Below, piece after piece: positions 1-4,975 of a DNA stretch of 10,592 bases (position 1 is the stretch's first letter; the number at the start of each line of letters is the position of its first letter). The stretch covers positions 1 to 10,592 of the forward strand of contig CAZLBV010000198.1 of assembly GCA_964557845.1 (NCBI GenBank). Direction: 5' to 3'. This stretch comes from an uncultured Eubacteriales bacterium (lineage in GTDB: Bacteria; Acidobacteriota; Aminicenantia; Aminicenantales; Aminicenantaceae). Below the pieces are notes generated by a model. It saw only the letters and a program-made list of their open reading frames with translations. It did not search any database and had not been told where the DNA came from. A program made the translations under genes and the position numbers.

Positions 1-777
1 AGCCTGCTGGAGAGTGAACTCTTCGGTCATGTCAAAGGATCCTTTACAGGTGCCGTTGCCAATAAAAAGGGAATGTTCGAAGTCGCTGAGAAGGGGACGC
101 TTTTTTTAGACGAGGTGGGAGAAATGTCTCCCTGGACCCAGGTGAAACTCTTGCGGGCACTCCAGGAAAGAAAAATCCGGAGAGTGGGAGGAACCGAGGA
201 GATACCGGTGGATGTCAGGATCATTGCAGCCTCCAACCAAGACCTGAAAAAAGCGATAGAAGGGGGAAGATTCAGGGAAGATCTTTTCTACCGCTTGAAC
301 GTGATATCTTTAGAAATGCCCCCCCTGAGAAAAAGAAAGGAGGACATACCTTTACTGGTGAACCATTTTCTCCAAAAACACTGTAAAAAGATGAACCGGA
401 AAATGAAAAGGCTCTCCCCGGATGTCATGGCTTTGCTGGAAAGCTACAACTGGCCGGGAAATATAAGGGAGCTTGAGAATACCATCGAGCGGATCATAGC
501 TATTGAGGAAAGGGAAACCATTACCAGGGTGAGCCTTCCCAGTGAGCTGCTGGAACCGCCAAAATCGCAGGATAATGACTTCATGATCGAGCCGGGATTT
601 AATTTAAACAAAACCCTGGATAATATCACCCAAAAGTATATCCATAAGGCTTTAGAATCGGCCAGAGGCAATCTCACTCAGACAGCCTCATTGTTAGGGA
701 TCAATTACCGCAGTCTTCGTTATCTGATTGAAAAATATGATCTGAATGATTCCAAGGATGAGCTGCGGGGGAGTTAG
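1..777 (+). CDS. Sigma-54-dependent Fis-family transcriptional activator (NtrC/PilR-like), 5'-truncated at window edge; AAA+ sigma-54 interaction domain plus C-terminal Fis-type HTH
   Basis: Frame 1 is open from nt 1; the listed ORF 73..777 is only the internal Met. The translation begins [15 protein letters not shown], a GAFTGA-type sigma-54 contact loop. It continues with Walker [10 protein letters not shown], the arginine-finger region RVGG and the sensor-II region RELEN. The C-terminal Fis-type HTH is [38 protein letters not shown]. Stop TAG at 775-777. Position directly upstream of a sigma-54 promoter and a pilin gene suggests PilR. Confidence 0.85.
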   Translation, partial: SLLESELFGHVKGSFTGAVANKKGMFEVAEKGTLFLDEVGEMSPWTQVKLLRALQERKIRRVGGTEEIPVDVRIIAASNQDLKKAIEGGRFREDLFYRLNVISLEMPPLRKRKEDIPLLVNHFLQKHCKKMNRKMKRLSPDVMALLESYNWPGNIRELENTIERIIAIEERETITRVSLPSELLEPPKSQDNDFMIEPGFNLNKTLDNITQKYIHKALESARGNLTQTASLLGINYRSLRYLIEKYDLNDSKDELRGS

Positions 778-793
778 ATCCGGTGTGTGATCG

Positions 794-843
794 ACAAATG
801 TATGTCAATAATCTGTCAAGGAAATGACAATAAATGTCAATAA
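794..843 (+). promoter_or_regulatory. Putative upstream activator sequence: five phased TG(T/A)CAA half-sites (CGACAA 794, TGTCAA 803, TGTCAA 814, TGACAA 826, TGTCAA 835)
   Basis: Direct repeats at 9-12 bp spacing, lying 70-130 bp upstream of the -24/-12 element. This is the typical bEBP enhancer distance. The TGTC core resembles the tandem (C/G)TGTC PilR sites described upstream of pilA in Pseudomonas aeruginosa. Confidence 0.45.
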
Positions 844-883
844 AAAGAAGAGAAGAAAAAGAATATGATTTTATGTTATTTAT

Positions 884-896
884 TATCAACAGCTTA
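884..896 (+). promoter_or_regulatory. IHF-like site TATCAAcagcTTA (WATCAANNNNTTR) between enhancer repeats and sigma-54 promoter
   Basis: Matches the IHF consensus inside an AT-rich tract. It is placed where DNA bending is normally needed for looping of sigma-54 activators. Confidence 0.35.
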
Positions 897-911
897 GAAA
901 GATTTAAGTGT

Positions 912-927
912 TGGCATAATATTTGCT
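912..927 (+). promoter_or_regulatory. Sigma-54 (RpoN) -24/-12 promoter TGGCATaataTTTGCT
   Basis: TGGCAT-N4-TTTGCT matches 14 of the 16 positions of the TGGCACG-N4-TTGCW consensus. The GG at 913-914 and GC at 925-926 are invariant with exact 10-nt spacing. It is the only such match in an intergenic region of the window. Predicted TSS is near 938, a leader of about 54 nt before the pilin ATG. Confidence 0.7.
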
Positions 928-991
928 ATAATAATAGCGAGTAAATAAAATAAACTGGTAAATAAAGAAACCAGAATTAAGGAGGTTTTAA

Positions 992-1525
992 ATGCTTAAA
1001 AGGAAAAAAGGTTTTACGCTGATCGAGTTATTGATCGTTGTGGCGATCGTTGGGATTTTAGCTGCACTGCTCATCCCCAATGCGATTTCAGCCATGCAGA
1101 AGGCCAAACAGAAAGGCACCATGAAGGATATCGCCACGATTTCTACCGCGCTGACCGACTACGTGACGGATAATGGGATAGCACCTGAACATAATGGTAA
1201 CGTTGATAACACCCTGCAGGCCACTCTTTCTCAGCTCTATCTAAAGATTTGTCCAACTGAGGATCAGTGGGGTAATCCCCTAAATGTTTATTCGGGTCAG
1301 GACGCAGATTTTGACCACAGGGGATGTATTTTTGGTGGGAGAGATGATTTTGTAGTTGAGTCCTTAGGACGTAACAATGAAGAGGATGGTGATGATTATA
1401 ATTCTAATACACCAGAAGCTGGAATGTATACAGTGACGAATATGGCGTCTTTTAACAATGACTTGGTTATGTTTAATGGATCTTGGGTAATCGGACCAGT
1501 TACCAGATCCGGAGCATCGACTTAA
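992..1525 (+). CDS. Type IV pilin / pseudopilin (prepilin N-terminal cleavage-methylation domain; GspG/PilA-like N-terminus, D/N/G-rich C-terminal domain)
   Basis: Strong RBS AGGAGG at 980-985, 6 nt before the ATG. Short basic leader MLKRKKG, then the class III signal FTLIELLIVVAIVGILAALLIP with Phe+1 and Glu+5. The following segment AISAMQKAKQKGTMKDIATISTALTDYVTDNG resembles the GspG/PulG-type alpha1C region. Two Cys residues (C86, C112) could form a disulfide loop. DADFDHRG and EEDGDDYNSN are candidate Ca-binding loops. Confidence 0.85.
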   Translation: MLKRKKGFTLIELLIVVAIVGILAALLIPNAISAMQKAKQKGTMKDIATISTALTDYVTDNGIAPEHNGNVDNTLQATLSQLYLKICPTEDQWGNPLNVYSGQDADFDHRGCIFGGRDDFVVESLGRNNEEDGDDYNSNTPEAGMYTVTNMASFNNDLVMFNGSWVIGPVTRSGAST

Positions 1526-1559
1526 TTTAAGGCGAACCGAGCGTAACGACCAGCCTTTA

Positions 1560-1597
1560 GGCGGCACATCCCGAGTGGGTGCGCCGCCTTTTTTTTT
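1560..1597 (+). terminator. Rho-independent terminator after pilin gene
   Basis: GC-rich hairpin GGCGGCAC / GTGCGCCGCC (1560-1588) followed by a run of 9 T (1589-1597). Confidence 0.75.
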
Positions 1598-1657
1598 GCC
1601 CTTTTTTAACTGCTGCTTGATTTAAGATCTTACTGGGATATAAAATATACCCCGTTC

Positions 1658-2359
1658 ATGCGTACGATACTTTTTCTGCTTATCTTCAGCCCGATCGCGC
1701 TGGCATCTGTCCCCTTCTGGCTGCTATTTTCTCTTCTCAGGCTGATATCGCCTTTATATAGCTTAGGTAAAGGATTGGTGCGGATGGCGTTTTTTTTACT
1801 GGGAATTGAGATCCAAGCTCATGGAAGGGAAAATATTGATAAAAACAAAAATTATATCTTTATGCCCAATCATTTAAGTTTCTTGGACGGACCTTTAATC
1901 GTTATGCTGATCCCGCAGCCGGTCCGGGTCATAGTGAAAAAGGAAGTTTACAAGATACCGGTTTTCAATTATGCCATCCGTAAAGCTGAATTCATACCGG
2001 TTGACAGAGAGGGGAAAGAGGCGGGAAAGCAAAGCATCGAAGCGGCCACAGCTCTCATTAAGCAAAAAAGATATTCTTTTCTGGTTTTTCCCGAAGGAAC
2101 CCGCAGCCGGACAGGAGATCTTCAGGGTTTTAGACGAGGGGGCTTTTTTCTTGCCGTTGACAGTCAAACCCCGATTCTGCCGATTGTTATCAAAGGGTCT
2201 TATGACCTTATGCCGAAAGGCAGTTTTTTCGTAAAAAAAGGGAAAGTAGAGGTGACTTTTCTGCAGTCTGTCCCCATGGATAAATACAACCGGCAGAATA
2301 TGTTAGAATTAATAGATACAGTCAGAGAAAAAATGTCCCTGGAATTATTGAAAACATAG
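1658..2359 (+). CDS. plsC: 1-acyl-sn-glycerol-3-phosphate acyltransferase family protein (PlsC/LPLAT)
   Basis: N-terminal hydrophobic anchor. Acyltransferase motif I NHLSFLDGP (HX4D). Motif III FPEGTRS. Length 233 aa is typical of the family. Possible sigma-70 promoter TTGATT (1617-1622)-N16-TATAAA (1639-1644) lies only about 10 nt before the ATG. No clear Shine-Dalgarno is present, so the start codon is uncertain. Confidence 0.8.
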   Translation: MRTILFLLIFSPIALASVPFWLLFSLLRLISPLYSLGKGLVRMAFFLLGIEIQAHGRENIDKNKNYIFMPNHLSFLDGPLIVMLIPQPVRVIVKKEVYKIPVFNYAIRKAEFIPVDREGKEAGKQSIEAATALIKQKRYSFLVFPEGTRSRTGDLQGFRRGGFFLAVDSQTPILPIVIKGSYDLMPKGSFFVKKGKVEVTFLQSVPMDKYNRQNMLELIDTVREKMSLELLKT

Positions 2360-2372
2360 GAGTGATTTTAAT

Positions 2373-2936
2373 ATGGACTATCAACATGCAGCCCTGGAAC
2401 TTAAAGATGTAATTGAAAGATTTTTCCTTCAGCGGGAAAAAGACTTTGATCAAGCATTGGAGCTTATTCTTCGTGCCTTCCGTTCCGGAAATAAGCTTAT
2501 GGCCTTTGGAAATGGCGGAAGCGCCTCTCAGGCTCAGCATTTTGCGGCGGAGCTGGTGGGCAGATTCCAGAAAGAACGCGTTCCTTTTCCCGCCATCGCC
2601 TTGACCTCCGATACTTCTTTGCTTACAGCCCTTGCCAATGATTATTCCTATGAGATGGTTTTTCACCGCCAGGTTGAAGGGCTCAGCCGGCCGGGAGATG
2701 TAGTGTTTGGGCTTACTACCAGCGGTAGATCCCCTAATGTGGTCGCTGCCTTTAAAAAGGCCAGAGAGATGCAGCTTAATTCTATTGCCTTAACCGGAAA
2801 GGGGGGGGCTGATCTGGCCCCTCTGGTGGATGTGCTTCTTGCTGTTCCTTCAGAAGACACTCCCAGGGTCCAGGAAGCCCATCTCTTCCTCATTCATCTT
2901 CTGGCTCACGAGATAGAAAAGCAGAAGATAGAATAA
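2373..2936 (+). CDS. gmhA: SIS-domain phosphoheptose isomerase (D-sedoheptulose-7-phosphate isomerase GmhA; DiaA-like alternative)
   Basis: Diagnostic GNGGSASQAQHFAAELVGRF motif, TTSGRSPNV and the C-terminal QEAHLFLIHLL region are typical of GmhA/DiaA SIS proteins. RBS AGGAG at 2358-2362. Start is 13 nt after the plsC-like stop, so the two are probably co-transcribed. Confidence 0.8.
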   Translation: MDYQHAALELKDVIERFFLQREKDFDQALELILRAFRSGNKLMAFGNGGSASQAQHFAAELVGRFQKERVPFPAIALTSDTSLLTALANDYSYEMVFHRQVEGLSRPGDVVFGLTTSGRSPNVVAAFKKAREMQLNSIALTGKGGADLAPLVDVLLAVPSEDTPRVQEAHLFLIHLLAHEIEKQKIE

Positions 2937-2939
2937 AAT

Positions 2940-3052
2940 CAGAAGATAGGAGAAACCGAGAAGCCAGGAGTCAGAAGAAAAACCAAAAATCCGAAATCCG
3001 AAGCACGAGATCCGAATGTCGCATTCGGATTTTCTTCTGACTCCTATCTTCT
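2940..3052. repeat. Composite palindromic element between convergent genes: inner perfect hairpin ATCCGAATG-tcg-CATTCGGAT (3010-3030) nested inside an outer inverted repeat (2941-2981 vs 3030-3052); probable bidirectional terminator
   Basis: The inner 9-bp stem with 3-nt loop is followed by TTTTCTTCT on the plus strand. The outer arms are AGAAGATAGGAG...GGAGTCAGAAGAAAA and its exact reverse complement TTTTCTTCTGACTCCTATCTTCT. The 5' arm is interrupted by an 18-nt insertion. It lies between the gmhA stop (2936) and the PEPCK stop (3076). Confidence 0.6.
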
Positions 3053-3075
3053 GGCTTTCAATCTTCTGATCTTTA

Positions 3076-4929
3076 TTATTTCCGGGGGTATATCCCCTCT
3101 CTTCTGGGCCGTGATTTTGTTTCCCAATTATAGGTAAGGGGTTGGGTCTGTTCTTCTTCATCTTCCGTCTCTTTTGGGCTGCCGGGAACCCTCACGCTGC
3201 TTTTTGCTCTGGATTTATCGATCCGGAAAGATCTTTCGGCTGCGTTTAAGACTTCGGTACGAAGGCCTTCCTCTGAGATCTCTTCGGTGAATTCTTTTCT
3301 TCCTTCTACCAGATCATGAATATAATCCTGGATCTGTTCTTGGGAGTAAAATTTTTTTATATCCCATTCCTCAAGTTCCCGGCCTTCCACATGGGTGATC
3401 TCTTTGGTGCCGAGTTGGCCTTTTTCATAGCGGTTGGTCCCGCGCAGATCCCCTCTTTGTATCTGGGCCATGAGGCTGATAGGGACTCGGTTGGCCTTGC
3501 GGACCATCTGTTTTTTGCTGCGGCCGTTTTCTGCATATTCCTTGATTATCTCTCCCATGCCCCCGGTGTTGTACTGCAGAAATTTCAGTTTGTCCGGATA
3601 ATTAGCGGCCAGGGTCATTATGATCTCATAAAAGTGATTGACCTTGGCGCCGCGGGAACCTATGATAAATGGATCCGTGCCCACGATACGGACAGATTCA
3701 CCTGCTTTGAGCGGCTGGCTGGCAAAACTATGGGTGCTTTCTCCCCAGAGATAGGCTAGAGTTGCCTGTTCCGGGGTTAGTTCCTGAGCAAAGGGCATGA
3801 TCGTGTTTCTTCTGGTGATAAAGGCGAACACCAATCCATCCAGTTCCTCGAGCGGAGGGAGATTGATCGATTTTGAAAAGATGCCGACCATTTTTCCTTT
3901 GAGGTTGACCTTTAGCTTCCGGCGCGCTATGACCGCCCGGCCGTTCGCCGTGAGGCTTTCATCCAGAAAGTCCACATCGCCGTTGGATTTGATCATGACA
4001 TTTTCAAACAGGGCGCTTTTATCAATGAGAGCATTATACATGGCTTCCTGGTATTTTTGTTCTACATCGGTCTTAACGAAAAAGTTGTTCTCTGAACCTA
4101 AAGCCGATCCATCCCTGCGCAAAAAGCAGATATCATCCTGAGTAACTAAAGTCTTTTCCCCTTTATCGTAATCCAGTCCGAGCTGATGGCAGGACCAGGT
4201 CGATTTTCCGGTGGCCGTAAGGCCGAATAAAAACACGCCGTAGCGTTTCAACTTGTCATCCGAGCCCCTGACCGTCACTATTTTAGTCCCGGCATGCAGG
4301 CCCAGCATCCCCTCACGATCCGCTGCCCACATGGCCTGCCGGAGAAACCCCTTTTTATCTTCACCCATATAATCGGTGCCCAGCGCGATATTGATGTTGT
4401 ATTCCGGAAGAACCAGCACCTGCTGCCGGATAGGATGCTCCTCAGGGATATGGATCATTATGAATTCAGGCCCCGGCCTTTTTGAAGGCTTGAACATGGT
4501 CGTTCCCCACATGAGCCCCAGCCGGTAATTGATGAGATCTGCTTCAGATAACACCAAGCTGCACATGGGATTATAGGTATCGTTTTCTCCCATCCTACGC
4601 TTGATGAGAAAAAAAGGCAGGGTCCGCAGCAGATGCAAAACTTTATCCAATTCTTCAGGGGCTGCGGCAATCAAAGCTTCCTGCTGGGAGGTCGGCCGAT
4701 GCAGGCGCACGGCGGGATTGCCCAAGTAGACGGTTCTGGGAGCGATGCGACTCGAGATGGCTGATCTCCATCCATAAGAACCGTATTTAGTTTTGATACC
4801 GGTGGCTTTGGCCCTGGGTTCCAGCCATTTCAGGTCTACTCTTTTTATATTAGGGCCGTTAAGCACCACAGCCAGTTCCTGGGCGAATTTTTTATAAGCG
4901 TCTTGGTTGTAGATAGTTTGATCACTCAT
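3076..4929 (-). CDS. pckA: Phosphoenolpyruvate carboxykinase (ATP-type, PckA family) with about 80-aa acidic/basic C-terminal extension
   Basis: Collinear with E. coli PckA motifs. YMGEDKKG matches the kinase-1a motif [20 protein letters not shown] matches the P-loop [19 protein letters not shown] matches the metal-binding [36 protein letters not shown] matches [33 protein letters not shown] matches the adenine-binding LVNTGWNG. Confidence 0.7.
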   Translation of the reverse strand: [617 protein letters not shown]

Positions 4930-4975
4930 TGGTAAGCCATATTGTTTTTCTGAACCATGCCAGGTTTATAAATTG

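Noticed and set aside
27-889. Small minus-strand ORFs (27..236, 444..677, 701..889) opposite the sigma-54 regulator and in the pilin promoter region
   Set aside because: They are antisense to a confidently identified AAA+ activator or lie within the AT-rich regulatory spacer. No RBS or homology is apparent.
1971-2604. Internal plus-strand ORFs 1971..2234 and 2413..2604 and minus-strand 1895..2167 and 2322..2666
   Set aside because: They are out-of-frame overlaps of the PlsC-like and GmhA-like genes, whose frames carry the family motifs.
2850-3161. 103-aa minus-strand ORF spanning the gmhA 3' end and the palindromic intergenic element
   Set aside because: It overlaps two well-supported genes and the terminator element. 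Its low-complexity translation is incompatible with a real gene.
3316-3759. 147-aa plus-strand ORF (and 3797..4141, 4294..4485) inside the PEPCK gene
   Set aside because: They lie antisense within a gene showing strong, motif-level PEPCK homology on the minus strand. There is no RBS or recognisable domain. They are typical shadow ORFs.
4930-4975. TGGCATGGTTCAG (minus-strand reading) upstream of the PEPCK gene as a possible second sigma-54 promoter
   Set aside because: A GG is present, but the -12 position 10 nt downstream is AG rather than GC, so it fails the invariant -24/-12 spacing rule. The 46-nt gap more likely supports read-through from the fusion gene.
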